Assembly: GCA_019358935.1 (NCBI GenBank) | Contig: JAHHIK010000021.1 | Span: 24,197 to 88,196, forward strand | Direction: 5' to 3' | DNA length: 64,000 bases | DNA from: Tolypothrix carrinoi HA7290-LM1 | GTDB lineage: Bacteria > Cyanobacteriota > Cyanobacteriia > Cyanobacteriales > Nostocaceae | The notes under the pieces: generated by a model | What the model saw: the letters and a program-made list of their open reading frames with translations, nothing else | Told to the model about the DNA's origin: nothing | Database searches by the model: none | Shown here: positions 1 to 10,252 of the stretch, piece after piece | How positions within the stretch are numbered: the first letter of the stretch is position 1 | How the letters are laid out: each line of letters opens with the position of its first letter | Made by a program: the position numbers and the translations under genes

Positions 1-1979
1 ATATCTTCAACGATCGCGATCGCCGATTCTATTTTAGTTCGCGCTGCCTGAAAGTTGTTGCGATCGCGTTCCGTCACGGCAATATAATATAGTGTATCCG
101 CAACACCTGTGCGATCGCCTAATTTTTGCCGCAGCTTTAGTTCAGTATTGTAACTGTTGATTGCCTTGTCTGGCTGCTTTAATGAATTGTAAGCTTTGCC
201 AATATTGCCGAAAACGTTAGCTTCTGCTATCGGAATGCCAATTTTTGCAAATCTAGATGCTGCATCTTGTGAAACATCTATGGCTTTTTGATAATTCCCT
301 GACGCTAGATACACCCTGCCAATAAAAGCATAAGCTGAAGCTTCACCAAAGCTGCTTTGTTGTTTTTGTGATAATAAAAGTCCCTGGTTGGCAGCTTCCA
401 GCGCTTTCGGATAATCTTTTAAAGATTCATAAACTCTAATTACCCCGGTGAGTGTGGCAAATTCTTTAAATACATCTTTTTGTTCGCGCCACAACTTCAG
501 TGCTTGATTGTAGTATTCTAGTGACTTGGGATAATCTTCAGCAATGCGGTAAACTGTACCAATATTATCAAGAATTTGCGCAACACTTGTGCGATCGCCT
601 ATTTTTCTAAATATCTCCAATGCTTGCGCGTAAGTATCAGTACTTAGTTGATAATCACCTAAATAACTATATACTTGAGCAATACTTTTCAAACTCTTTC
701 CTTCTCCAGAACGATCTTGTACTTGACGCTGAAGAGTTAATGCTTGATTATATGTATCTAGCGCTTTTTGATAATCGCCGAATGATTGATAAATATCGCC
801 GATACTACCAAGGGTGAAAGCAACTCTAGCGCGATCTTGATTCGCACGTTGAAGTACCAAAGCTTGATTTAAAGATTCCAGAGCTTTTTGTTTATCACCC
901 AATTCATCGTATAATAAACTAACTTGCGCGAAAACTTCCGCTTCCCCGTAACGATTTCCGGCTTTTTGTAAAAGCGATCGCGCACTATTAAAGTATGATA
1001 TCGCTTTCGGATAATCGCCTAACGATCTGTAAGTAGCAGCAATACCGATGATAGTTTGCGCTTGCCCAGAAAGGTTAAAGACAAGCGCACTTCCAGAAAG
1101 ATTTGCCTGCGCTTGTTGTTGCAGTTTCAAAGCTTGATTTAACGAGTTAAGCGCTTGCTGGTTTTCGCCTAAGGAAAGATAAACTAAACCAATTCTATTA
1201 TAAATCTCAGCTTGTTCGTTAATATCTTTTCTCGAACGTTGAATTGACAATGCTTGATTTAAGATTGGTAAAGCTTTTTGCGACTCACCTAAGGTAGTGT
1301 AAACTAAAGCGATCGCATTCAGCGTACTAGCTTGAGCGGCAGTATCTTTTGTGGTACGCTGAATTTCTAAGGCTTGATTGTATGCTGAGAGTGCTTTTTG
1401 GGTTTCGCCCAAACTAAAGTAAACTCCACCAGTACCGATTAGGGCGATCGCTGCAAAGTCAAGTTTTTTCTCACCTTGAAATAATGACACCGCTTGCTTG
1501 TAATATTGTAATGCTTTTTGTTTCTCGCCCAGATTCGAGTAAGCACCAGCAAGAGAAGAAAGCATCACAGCTTCGCCAAAACGATCTTTAAGTTCGCGTC
1601 TGATAACTAAAGCTTGATTGTAATATTCGAGCGCTTTTTGGTTTTGCGACAGCGTAAAGTAGATAGTGCCGATGCCTAAAAGTGTGGTAGCTTCAGAATT
1701 GCGATCGCCTATTTTTCGCCAAATTAAAAGCGCTTGAGAGTAAAGTGCGATCGCTTGTAGTTTAGATTCACCCGTACCTTGCAGCAAAAGTTTCTGTGCT
1801 TCATCCTGAAGTTGCTTTCCCTTAACGTATTCTGGGGAATTATTTGGTACTTGTTGAGCGATCGCACCTGCGATAGATGCAGTCACCACCACCGGATGCG
1901 ACAACATCAGAATGCCAACAATCGCCGCTAAAGAACGATGAATCAGCATTTTATCAGTTTTAATTTTCGGGTTTATCAC
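1..1979 (-). CDS. TPR-repeat protein with N-terminal signal, probably TPR-CHAT type; 3' end runs off the window
   Basis: Manual translation from GTG 1979/ATG 1949: MLIHRSLAAIVGILMLSHPVVV... then repeats such as 'GDRNSEATTLLGIGTIYFTLSQNQKALEYYNQAL'. Missing from the ORF track because its stop is outside the window. Confidence 0.8.
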   Translation of the reverse strand, partial: MINPKIKTDKMLIHRSLAAIVGILMLSHPVVVTASIAGAIAQQVPNNSPEYVKGKQLQDEAQKLLLQGTGESKLQAIALYSQALLIWRKIGDRNSEATTLLGIGTIYFTLSQNQKALEYYNQALVIRRELKDRFGEAVMLSSLAGAYSNLGEKQKALQYYKQAVSLFQGEKKLDFAAIALIGTGGVYFSLGETQKALSAYNQALEIQRTTKDTAAQASTLNAIALVYTTLGESQKALPILNQALSIQRSRKDINEQAEIYNRIGLVYLSLGENQQALNSLNQALKLQQQAQANLSGSALVFNLSGQAQTIIGIAATYRSLGDYPKAISYFNSARSLLQKAGNRYGEAEVFAQVSLLYDELGDKQKALESLNQALVLQRANQDRARVAFTLGSIGDIYQSFGDYQKALDTYNQALTLQRQVQDRSGEGKSLKSIAQVYSYLGDYQLSTDTYAQALEIFRKIGDRTSVAQILDNIGTVYRIAEDYPKSLEYYNQALKLWREQKDVFKEFATLTGVIRVYESLKDYPKALEAANQGLLLSQKQQSSFGEASAYAFIGRVYLASGNYQKAIDVSQDAASRFAKIGIPIAEANVFGNIGKAYNSLKQPDKAINSYNTELKLRQKLGDRTGVADTLYYIAVTERDRNNFQAARTKIESAIAIVED

Positions 1980-2097
1980 CGTAATTTTACCTTATATAGA
2001 TACTTTATCAGGTTATATAAGTAAAACTAGCACCTATGTAATCACTTTCTTGGCACTGTTACATTTTTGAGAACATTACAAGCGGGGTTATAGATTT

Positions 2098-2237
2098 AGG
2101 AATGAGCGCAAAAACTCTCTCAAACTCTTCTTCCTCTGTGTCCTCTCTCTTGAAAAGGTCTGATCGGAGGAAACCTCCGCTCAGACTTTTCGCTGCGTAC
2201 TCTGCGGTTCGTTTTCCATTTATTTACGCTCATTCCT
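2098..2237. mobile_element. MITE-like element with a nested small hairpin repeat
   Basis: Terminal inverted repeat AGGAATGAGCG...CGCTCATTCCT. Internal hairpin 2152-2191. A related uninterrupted core occurs inverted at about 17572-17610. Confidence 0.6.
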
Positions 2238-2297
2238 GGTAATGTCACAGAAAAACTGACCGTCGCCCGTGCGAAAATTAAAAAAAATAGATTAAAA

Positions 2298-3776
2298 ATG
2301 TTTACTGCTTCAGAAACTCCTATTATTACGGCAATCGTGCTGGTTTTTTTCGGCATTTTGGCTTGGGGCTTTTATCGCGCCAGACCATTTGGTAAACTCG
2401 GCATCTTAGCTTGGTTGCAGTCGGTGGTGTTGATGACTCCTTGGCTGTTGTTTTTTGGTTTGTTTGCTGCGGGGATTTACATCAATATAGTGGGTGTGCT
2501 ATTTTTATTGGTGGGATCGACTGCCTTATACATCTTTCTGGGAAGAAAGTTGCGAGCAGCCGGACAAGATGCGATTCTCAAACAGCGTGCAACTGAAAGA
2601 ATAGCCGCTACCCCAGCACCAGAAACTCAAACAAATGCAGTGAATGCGGAATTAAAGCTGGAAGATGCGCCAATTCCAGAAGAGGAATTGAACGCAATAA
2701 AAGGTATTTTCGGTTTAGATACATTTTTTGCCACAGAAGCGATCGCTTATCAACAAGGAGCGATTTTCAAAGGTAATCTACGCGGAGAACCAGAAGAAGT
2801 TCACAATCGCCTTACCATCAGTTTACAGGAACGCTTGGGCGATAAATATCGCTTGTTCCTCGTCGAAAACCCAGATGACAAACCTGTAATTATCGTCTTA
2901 CCCAGCAGCAATGACCCGCGTCCGTCAACATTATCGCAAAAAATCTTTGCTGGTATTATATTAATAGCAACGATCGCCACCTGTTTAGAAGCTGCCGGTT
3001 TGCTATTAAGATTTGATTTCTTTGAGAATCCATCGCGCTTTGCGGAAGCTTTACCCATCGCTGCGGGTATTTTGACGATTTTGCTAATTCACGAACTTGG
3101 TCATTGGTTACTCGCACGGCGTCACCAAATCCGTTTAAGTTTACCATTCTTTCTTCCCGCCGTGCAAATTGGCTCATTTGGGGCAATTACTCGCTTTGAA
3201 TCTTTATTACCCAACCGCAAGGTATTATTCGATATTGCTATAGCAGGTCCAGCCGCAGGTGGAATTGCTTCTTTGGTAACATTGATAATTGGCTTGCTAC
3301 TTTCTCATCAGGGTAGCTTGTTTCAACTACCAAACGAGTTTTTCCAAGGTTCGATTTTAGTAGGAAGCTTGGCGCGGATAATTCTCGGTTCCGCGTTACA
3401 ATCATCTGTGGTGGATATTCATCCTTTAGTGGTGATTGGTTGGTTAGGATTGGTCATCACCGCGATAAACTTAATGCCAGCGGGAGTATTAGATGGTGGA
3501 CGCATTGTCCAAGCGATTTACGGACGCAAAACCGCAGGAAGAGTCACAGTAGCAACTTTAATTGTTTTAGGAATAGCATCTTTAGCAAATCCGCTTGCAA
3601 TGTATTGGGCAATCGTGATTTTATTTTTACAGCGGGATTTAGAACGTCCCAGCTTAAACGAAATCAGCGAACCCGACGATGCACGCGCTGCTTTAGGTCT
3701 TTTAGCTTTATTCTTAATGATAGCTACCCTTTTACCTTTAACTCCCGCTTTAGCTGGACGTTTGGGAATTGGGTAA
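2298..3776 (+). CDS. Site-2 protease family (M50) intramembrane metalloprotease
   Basis: HELGH zinc motif, AGPAAG and NLMPAGVLDGG motifs, several TM segments. Confidence 0.92.
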   Translation: MFTASETPIITAIVLVFFGILAWGFYRARPFGKLGILAWLQSVVLMTPWLLFFGLFAAGIYINIVGVLFLLVGSTALYIFLGRKLRAAGQDAILKQRATERIAATPAPETQTNAVNAELKLEDAPIPEEELNAIKGIFGLDTFFATEAIAYQQGAIFKGNLRGEPEEVHNRLTISLQERLGDKYRLFLVENPDDKPVIIVLPSSNDPRPSTLSQKIFAGIILIATIATCLEAAGLLLRFDFFENPSRFAEALPIAAGILTILLIHELGHWLLARRHQIRLSLPFFLPAVQIGSFGAITRFESLLPNRKVLFDIAIAGPAAGGIASLVTLIIGLLLSHQGSLFQLPNEFFQGSILVGSLARIILGSALQSSVVDIHPLVVIGWLGLVITAINLMPAGVLDGGRIVQAIYGRKTAGRVTVATLIVLGIASLANPLAMYWAIVILFLQRDLERPSLNEISEPDDARAALGLLALFLMIATLLPLTPALAGRLGIG

Positions 3777-3948
3777 TTGGTAATCGGTAATGGGTAATCG
3801 GTAATGGGTAATGGGGAATGGGTAATTGGGAATGGGTAATAGGAAGAAAAAATGTCCCCCTTGTCCCCCTTGTCCCCCTTGTCCCCCTTGTCCCCCTTGT
3901 CTCCCTTGTCCCCTTGTCCCCCTTGTCCCCTTGTCCCCCTTGTCCCCT
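3766..3948. repeat. STRR heptamer array (GGTAATG/GGGAATG) followed by a 9-mer array (TGTCCCCCT)n
   Basis: Direct reading; lies between convergent genes. Confidence 0.9.
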
Positions 3949-3953
3949 CTTTC

Positions 3954-5159
3954 TCAACCTTTCCAACCTAAAAGCAAGTTCGGATACGCTTTGGGTGTGG
4001 GGAAAAGCTTCTGAAAGCTAGTTTGACGTTGTGGGGGTTTTTCGTTAGCGAGATTCCATAAAGTTTCGTAAAAGAAAAAGGATACACCAGCAAATTTTCT
4101 TGCGCGTACACTCTGCACTTGTGTTTCAATTTGTTGCATCGGCACAAATCGACCTTTCAAACCTGATAAAATGCCAATACTTACGGGAATATGGCTGCGT
4201 GCTGCTTTGACTTCCGGATATTCTAATTCGCTGTTAAAAACATTCAAGTCATTGCGATATATCTGCACAACTAATTCTTCAATTAATCCCATCCGTTCCC
4301 ATTTCTGCCAATCTGCTAAAAAGAAGTCGTAGGAAAAGCGCTGCGGATTAGGTGCAATGGAAACTATGCAATTCTTTTTCGTTGCTTTGATGGCTGTAAA
4401 TACCCGCTTCATATAGTTGGTGATTTTGTTTGCTCGCCAACTTACCCATTCTGGATTTTTAAAGTCTGTTGGGGGAGCTTTGCCATTATGCTCTTTTTTG
4501 TAGAGTGCAACGGTATAAGCATCATATCCCAATTCTGATGGTAAACCAAAATGGTCATCAAATTGAATGCCGTCGATGTTGTAATTTCTGACGATTTCGA
4601 CGATTAAGTTTTGGATAAATTGCTGTACTTCTGGGTGAAAGGGATTCAGCCAAACGCGATCGTGAGTACCTTCTTTGACAATTTGCGTACCGTTAACGCG
4701 ATTTGTCAGCCATTGCGGATGACGTTTAGCTAGTTGCGAATCAGCCGGCGCCATAAAGCCAAATTCAAACCAGGGAATGACTGTTAAGCCTTTTTGATGT
4801 CCGACATCGACAACTTCTTTGAGCATATCACGTCGTTGCAATCCCGGTGTCGGATCGAGCGATCGCCCAATTACACTTTGAGCTACTTTACTAGGATATA
4901 ATGTCCAGCCCCAATTCCAAACAGTCGGATATACAGTATTAAAGTTTAACTCGTCTAAGCGTTGCAAAGCTTTATTCAGACGCGATCGCTCAAACAACAC
5001 ATCGCTATCAATATTAGTTAACCACACCCCCCGCAACTCCGCAGCTCCCACACGCGGATTTTGCGCGTTTAAAGGAAAAGACAACATCACCGACGCTATT
5101 ATACTTAAAGCTATTACCGCAGAAAAGAACGCCTTTTGTTTACTCACAACCCTCATCAT
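3954..5159 (-). CDS. Glycoside hydrolase family 10-like (GHL10/DUF187) protein
   Basis: ELRGVWLT, IPWFEFGF, WLNPFHPEVQ, IDGIQFDDHF motifs; signal peptide. Confidence 0.88.
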   Translation of the reverse strand: MMRVVSKQKAFFSAVIALSIIASVMLSFPLNAQNPRVGAAELRGVWLTNIDSDVLFERSRLNKALQRLDELNFNTVYPTVWNWGWTLYPSKVAQSVIGRSLDPTPGLQRRDMLKEVVDVGHQKGLTVIPWFEFGFMAPADSQLAKRHPQWLTNRVNGTQIVKEGTHDRVWLNPFHPEVQQFIQNLIVEIVRNYNIDGIQFDDHFGLPSELGYDAYTVALYKKEHNGKAPPTDFKNPEWVSWRANKITNYMKRVFTAIKATKKNCIVSIAPNPQRFSYDFFLADWQKWERMGLIEELVVQIYRNDLNVFNSELEYPEVKAARSHIPVSIGILSGLKGRFVPMQQIETQVQSVRARKFAGVSFFFYETLWNLANEKPPQRQTSFQKLFPTPKAYPNLLLGWKG

Positions 5160-5339
5160 CTACTTTCAGTAATATAATAAAAATTCGCGTCCCGTGAGCG
5201 GTAAACCGCTCATCCCAAAACTTTCAAAAAGCCATAAATTAACAGTATAATTCACAACTTTATTTATTATAAAAAGCGGCTAAAATAGCCATAATTATAC
5301 CGAAAATATTGTAAATCGGTATAAAAAGTCATTCTTATT

Positions 5340-5888
5340 TTAGTCAACCTTCCCCAAAAGTCGTGGAAGTTGCTCCAACACCCTTTCAAATAGTGCAGTA
5401 TTATCAAGTCCCCGTGTTAAAACTAGCGCACCTTGAATTTGCATCACCGCATCTTCTGCACGTTGACGTGCCGTCATTTCAGACAAACCCCCCTCTTCTA
5501 ACACTTTTGCCAAATTATCAATCCAAGCATTCAGTGCCTGACTTATCTGCTCGTGAAATAAATCATTCGGTTCCCCCAAGCTAAACAATGCCAATAAACA
5601 CGCATCTTGCCCGCAGTTGTAAAACTGTTTTAGGTTAGAACTCATAACTTGGATACGCTTTAGTGGTTCACCCGACTGACGCAGCGGTTCGAGAATTGTT
5701 GCCGCAAACCACTGGTTTACATATTCCAGCACTGCCTGTGCCATCTGTTGTTTTCCATCGGGAAAGTGATGGTAAAGACTTGCTCTGCCTAACCCCGTTG
5801 CCTTAGAAATGCGGGACAAAGTTGCCCCTTCGTAACCATACTGACGAAACACGTTAACTAACCGTTGAGAAGCTTCTATTTTATCCAT
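5340..5888 (-). CDS. TetR/AcrR family regulator (LmrA/YxaF-like)
   Basis: N-terminal HTH 'FRQYGYEGATLSRISKATGLGRASLYHHFPDGK'. Confidence 0.92.
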   Translation of the reverse strand: MDKIEASQRLVNVFRQYGYEGATLSRISKATGLGRASLYHHFPDGKQQMAQAVLEYVNQWFAATILEPLRQSGEPLKRIQVMSSNLKQFYNCGQDACLLALFSLGEPNDLFHEQISQALNAWIDNLAKVLEEGGLSEMTARQRAEDAVMQIQGALVLTRGLDNTALFERVLEQLPRLLGKVD

Positions 5889-5909
5889 GAATTTTTTTTG
5901 TTTAACTTA

Positions 5910-5938
5910 TTGACATTATACCAAACGTTCGGTATAGT
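5910..5938 (+). promoter_or_regulatory. Sigma70-type promoter for the dsrE-PNPOx operon
   Basis: TTGACA (5910-5915), 17-bp spacer, TATAGT (5933-5938). Confidence 0.75.
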
Positions 5939-6042
5939 ATTTTTGGAGCCGAACGTTCGGTCAAAAAATGGTTGAGAGATATTAAGCGATCGCGGATCAT
6001 TTTTTGTCTATCGCGTGTCGCATTTATACCGAACGTTCGGTA
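5917..6042. promoter_or_regulatory. Three palindromic operators, core CCGAACGTTCGG (probable TetR sites)
   Basis: TATACCAAACGTTCGGTATA 5917-5936; CCGAACGTTCGG 5949-5960; TACCGAACGTTCGGTA 6027-6042. Confidence 0.8.
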
Positions 6043-6064
6043 ATATAAAAAAGGAAAATTAATT

Positions 6065-6439
6065 ATGAAAGCTGCAATTGTGATTCTTTCCGACCCGAAA
6101 GCGACAACAGAAGAAGCGTTGGGACGCTTATTTAACGCTCTAGCATCAGTTTATGACTTCAAACAAAACGGTGATGATGTTACCGTATTATTCCAAGGTG
6201 CGGGTACTCGTTGGATTGGAGAGTTAACCAAACCGGAACATCCAGCACATGATTTATTTGAGGCAATTAAAGACACCATTGCCGGCGTTTCATGCGGTTG
6301 TGCGGATGTATTCGGTGCTGCCGAAGATGCGGTAAAGTCGGGCTTTGACCTAATTAAAGATAACTCAGTACCGGGTACAACAGGCTTACCCAGTCTGCGT
6401 CAGCTGATAGCAGATGGCTATCACGTCTTAACATTTTAG
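6065..6439 (+). CDS. DsrE/DsrF-like protein
   Basis: 'VTVLFQGAGT' and 'SCGCADVFG' Cys motif; 124 aa. Confidence 0.75.
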   Translation: MKAAIVILSDPKATTEEALGRLFNALASVYDFKQNGDDVTVLFQGAGTRWIGELTKPEHPAHDLFEAIKDTIAGVSCGCADVFGAAEDAVKSGFDLIKDNSVPGTTGLPSLRQLIADGYHVLTF

Positions 6440-6465
6440 CTCAAAAGTCGAACTTGAAAAAAACA

Positions 6466-6498
6466 AGATACCCGACTTCTCCAAGAAGTCAGGTATCT
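6466..6498. repeat. REP-like palindrome AGATACCCGACTTCT-CCA-AGAAGTCAGGTATCT
   Basis: 15-bp arms with one mismatch, inside the operon spacer. Confidence 0.7.
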
Positions 6499-6519
6499 GA
6501 ATGTCAAAAGGTAATATTT

Positions 6520-7440
6520 ATGTCAATAGCTAATCCTTTCCATGATGGTGAACAACTGGTACAACAGCGCTTGGGTGAAGTGGAAATTGCTCAACGCAAT
6601 GGGCGGATAATTGCTGACAAAATTATACCAGGTGCGCTGAAGTTTATCGAACAGCAGCCGATGGTAGTATTGGGTAGTGTGGGCATTAGCCAAAATGTTT
6701 GGGCTTCGGTTTTGTTTGGTTCTCCAGGATTCATGACCGCTGTAGACCAAAGCACTGTTGAATTTGACCTAAACCAAGCTGTTTGCAACAGTCTCGATCC
6801 TTTTTGGACAAACATTGAACATAATCCACAAATCGGAATGCTGGTAATAGAACTTGCTACCCGTCGTCGTCTTCGCATCAACGGTGAGGTAACTCGCTTG
6901 TCAGAAACACGTTTACGCTTAAACGTTTGGGAATCTTACCCAAACTGCCCGAAGTACATCCAGCGACGACACATCACTCGAAATCACAAAAGTACAAGTC
7001 CCCTAAAAGAAGCACGAACAGGACTTACGCTGTCAGCAGAACAAAGTGCGTTGATTGGGACAGCTGACACATTTTTTGTTGCCAGTGCCCATCCAATTCG
7101 TGGAGTTGATGCATCGCATCGGGGTGGAAATCCTGGTTTCGTTCGAGTTCTGGATGACCGCACCCTCCGCATTCCCGATTATGCAGGCAACAGTATGTTT
7201 AACACGCTGGGCAACTTTGTGGAAAATCCTCACGCAGGTCTGATTTTTTTGGACTTTGAGCGATATGTGTCTCTACAACTAATTGGTCGTCCGGAAATTT
7301 TGTGGGAGTTAGACGATCCAACTAATGAAACGAATGGAACCCGACGCTATTGGACACTTTTCGTGGAACAATGGTTAGAAACAAGTCTTTCTCAGTCGTT
7401 TTGCTGGGAATTACTTGATTATTCACCCTACAATCCGTAG
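6520..7440 (+). CDS. Pyridoxamine 5'-phosphate oxidase-like FMN-binding protein (two PNPOx domains)
   Basis: PFHDGE, NCPKYIQRR, DASHRGGNPGFV, PDYAGNSMFNTLGN. Start moved to ATG 6520, past the palindrome. Confidence 0.88.
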   Translation: MSIANPFHDGEQLVQQRLGEVEIAQRNGRIIADKIIPGALKFIEQQPMVVLGSVGISQNVWASVLFGSPGFMTAVDQSTVEFDLNQAVCNSLDPFWTNIEHNPQIGMLVIELATRRRLRINGEVTRLSETRLRLNVWESYPNCPKYIQRRHITRNHKSTSPLKEARTGLTLSAEQSALIGTADTFFVASAHPIRGVDASHRGGNPGFVRVLDDRTLRIPDYAGNSMFNTLGNFVENPHAGLIFLDFERYVSLQLIGRPEILWELDDPTNETNGTRRYWTLFVEQWLETSLSQSFCWELLDYSPYNP

Positions 7441-7848
7441 ACGGATGGTTGCAGTAAGTTGATCAGCCTGGGCAAAATGCCGTTTAAGACCTTATTTAAC
7501 GGTCAAAATGCCGCGTGGATCGAGCAAATAAACAAGTTAATAACTCCAACAAAGCGATCGCTTCCGATTATATATTACTTTTTACTAATTTTTCCGGACA
7601 ATGAAATGATTCAACTTCAAGCACTTATTTAGCTATATCCTAATGCCCAAGCACGATTGATGGTCAAGAGATTTCCTAATTAGCCAATCGTTATTCAAAG
7701 AATGGGGGGTCTAACACCACACGCTCAATAACCACATCAGGAGTATATTTTGGTTATCAAAATTACCCAAGCTTGTCAGAATCGCATTTTCGGGGTAATT
7801 TTCTCAACTATAACAATTTAATTATTAAAACTTAATTTAGGATTCTCA

Positions 7849-8343
7849 ATGGTTAGCTTAATTAATTCCCCAGACAGCACGACAAACTACACAGCAGCTA
7901 TTAAAAGGCTGGCACGGGCAATTATGATGGCTGATGGAGAGTTTTCACTACTGTTAGCGTCCTGCGATGTCAAAAGGCAACAGCAAATAGTCAGCCATTT
8001 AGAAGAATTTTCCTCAGCAGATATCCGAGAAGTCCTGATTCCACCTTGCGCTAAGACACTTTATACACCCTTAAGAGACGCGATCGGCACTACTTTTCCC
8101 GAAGCTTTGATAGTCAGAGGTTTAGAATCGGTGGTAGAAATTAATCAACTCATCATCTCTACCAATCTCATGCGAGATGAGTTTAGAAAACAGTTTCCCT
8201 TTCCAGTAGTGCTGTGGGTTAATGATGAAATTGTGCGAAAGCTAGTTTGGTTAGCGCCCGATCTCAAAGACTGGGCAGGTAGTACTATTAGATTTGATGC
8301 GCCAAATCATGAGTTTCTCGATCGTACAGCACGTTCTGCGTGA
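7849..8343 (+). CDS. Hypothetical protein resembling the N-terminal module of cyanobacterial STAND/WD40 proteins
   Basis: 'GEFSLLLASC...ALIVRGLESV...NLMRDEFRKQFPFPVVLWV...LAPDLKDWA'. Confidence 0.55.
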   Translation: MVSLINSPDSTTNYTAAIKRLARAIMMADGEFSLLLASCDVKRQQQIVSHLEEFSSADIREVLIPPCAKTLYTPLRDAIGTTFPEALIVRGLESVVEINQLIISTNLMRDEFRKQFPFPVVLWVNDEIVRKLVWLAPDLKDWAGSTIRFDAPNHEFLDRTARSA

Positions 8344-8673
8344 TATCGTTAAAAAAGTCAATTTCCCGCTCGTTTGCAGCTTTAGTGGATTGTCGAAGCG
8401 CCAAAATCACCCTTCCGGGTAAGTCAATTGGGTGATGTGATTTGGCAAATATAAATCTAATGTAAAAGTTAGGAACTAATAGAACGTATAGCGGTGTCTA
8501 TCTTCACATATACCACTGAAGAATGCCGTTAAGTTAATCCCAACTACTTATATTGTGGGATAATATACTTTTTTATCTTTATTCGCTAGCCTCGAAGTTT
8601 TTTAACATTGAACTAGCGGTTAATGATTAATGGCTAATAAGTACTAATTAACCACTAAATTTTCACTCTAGCT

Positions 8674-10251
8674 ATGAAAACTATCCTTAAAGTTTATCTT
8701 ACCACAAATCAAGCACGAATTTTCACTGTTTTGATTTTGACTGGCTTTTTGTCGATTGGTAGCAATTTCACCCTCATGAAGAATGCTACCGCAACGCCTG
8801 CGAACCTAATGGCAGAAAGCACAAATGAATTCATTAAAGAAAACCTGACAACAAACAACTTGCCGCGTCGAGTAGAAGCAGCGGTGCTGCGAGATGCATC
8901 AAAAAGATGGCAAATTTCCATCGAAGACCTGCAAATTGTTGAATCCACTCCCCGAACTTGGAATAATGGTTGCTTGGGAGTATCTCAACCAGGTGAAATC
9001 TGCACCCAAGCGTTAGTTCCTGGTTGGAAGGTTGTGGTGTCTGACGGTAAACAAAAATGGGTTTATCACACCAATAGTAACGGACGTTTGTTACGGATAG
9101 CTTCTACCCATTCTCAGGGTAAGGAAGGAAAATTACCTTCTTCCGTGGAAAATGCTGTTTTCCAAGCTGCATCCCGACGTTTGAATCTGCCGATTTCTCA
9201 ATTAACTATCGTTCAGGCGAAACAGCGCACTTGGAATAATGGTTGTTTGAATCTAGCGCGTCCTGATGAGGGCTGTACGAGAGCGAGCGTCAACGGTTGG
9301 AAGGTTGTTGTAGGCGCAGTTGACCAAACTTTAGTTTATCATACCGATGCCTCTGGTTCTGTACTCAGGCTCAATGAAAAGAAGAGCGAAATCGCCGATA
9401 ACGGAATTACACCTATAACGATTCCTAAAAGTGAGTTACCACCAGCTTTGAATAAGAATGTCATTTTTCGGCAAATCTCCAGTGGTGGTTTCTTTGCGAG
9501 AACCTACGAAACTGTATTGCTAAATGACGGACGCATCATCCGCTATGAAAAAGGTAAAGAAAACGATCTTGAACCTCAAGTTTGGCAGGTTTCTCCACAA
9601 CAATTGAAAGAATTTCAAAAATTGTTAGAAAAACAGAAATTAAGTGAGTTGCGAAATCTGAGTTACCCAGCAGCTCAAGGTTCTGCCGATTACATTACTT
9701 ATACAATCACTACCTCTGATGGTACGATTCAGTATAATGATGTCTCACGAAATAACTTACCCGAAAATTTGCAGACAGTCGTCAAAGCTTGGAATGATAT
9801 TCGCAATATTGCGATCGCTAACCCAACTCCGGATGAAATTAAACCTTTACCTATTCCTGTAAGCGAGTTACCACCACAATTGGATCGCAATGTGGTTTTT
9901 CGACAAATTTCTAGCGGTGGCTTTATCGGCAAAACCTACGAAACTATTTTACTTCGTGATGGGCGTTTGATGCAATACCGCATCGGTGATGCGAATGATT
10001 TCGAGCGTCGAGTTTGGCGGGTTTCTCAGCAAAAGGTGCGAGAGTTTCAACAAGTTCTCAAAGACCATAGATTCAATGAATTTGAGAATCTAAGTTACCC
10101 AGCCACCAACGGTTCTGCTGATTATATCACATATACCGTCACCAGCGATGATACTACAGTTCGCTACAACGATATTTCTCAAAATAACCTACCCAAGAAT
10201 TTACAGGCAGTTGTCAAAGCTTGGAATCAAATTCGCAAAAGTTATCAGTAA
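8674..10251 (+). CDS. Secreted hypothetical protein with an A-A-B-B internal repeat architecture
   Basis: Two copies of 'RTWNNGCL...CT...GWKVVV...YHT' and two of 'FRQISSGGF...YET.LL.DG...GSADYITYT...VKAWN'. Confidence 0.8.
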   Translation: MKTILKVYLTTNQARIFTVLILTGFLSIGSNFTLMKNATATPANLMAESTNEFIKENLTTNNLPRRVEAAVLRDASKRWQISIEDLQIVESTPRTWNNGCLGVSQPGEICTQALVPGWKVVVSDGKQKWVYHTNSNGRLLRIASTHSQGKEGKLPSSVENAVFQAASRRLNLPISQLTIVQAKQRTWNNGCLNLARPDEGCTRASVNGWKVVVGAVDQTLVYHTDASGSVLRLNEKKSEIADNGITPITIPKSELPPALNKNVIFRQISSGGFFARTYETVLLNDGRIIRYEKGKENDLEPQVWQVSPQQLKEFQKLLEKQKLSELRNLSYPAAQGSADYITYTITTSDGTIQYNDVSRNNLPENLQTVVKAWNDIRNIAIANPTPDEIKPLPIPVSELPPQLDRNVVFRQISSGGFIGKTYETILLRDGRLMQYRIGDANDFERRVWRVSQQKVREFQQVLKDHRFNEFENLSYPATNGSADYITYTVTSDDTTVRYNDISQNNLPKNLQAVVKAWNQIRKSYQ

Positions 10252-10252
10252 A

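Noticed and set aside
620..817. 65-aa plus-strand ORF
   Set aside because: Antisense to the long TPR gene.
3724..4021. Low-complexity ORFs (PLV, CPP, GTR repeats)
   Set aside because: Translations of the 9-mer and STRR arrays.
7593..7600. TCCGGA (heterocyst DIF1-like motif) upstream of 7849
   Set aside because: A single hexamer with no TSS evidence; likely chance.
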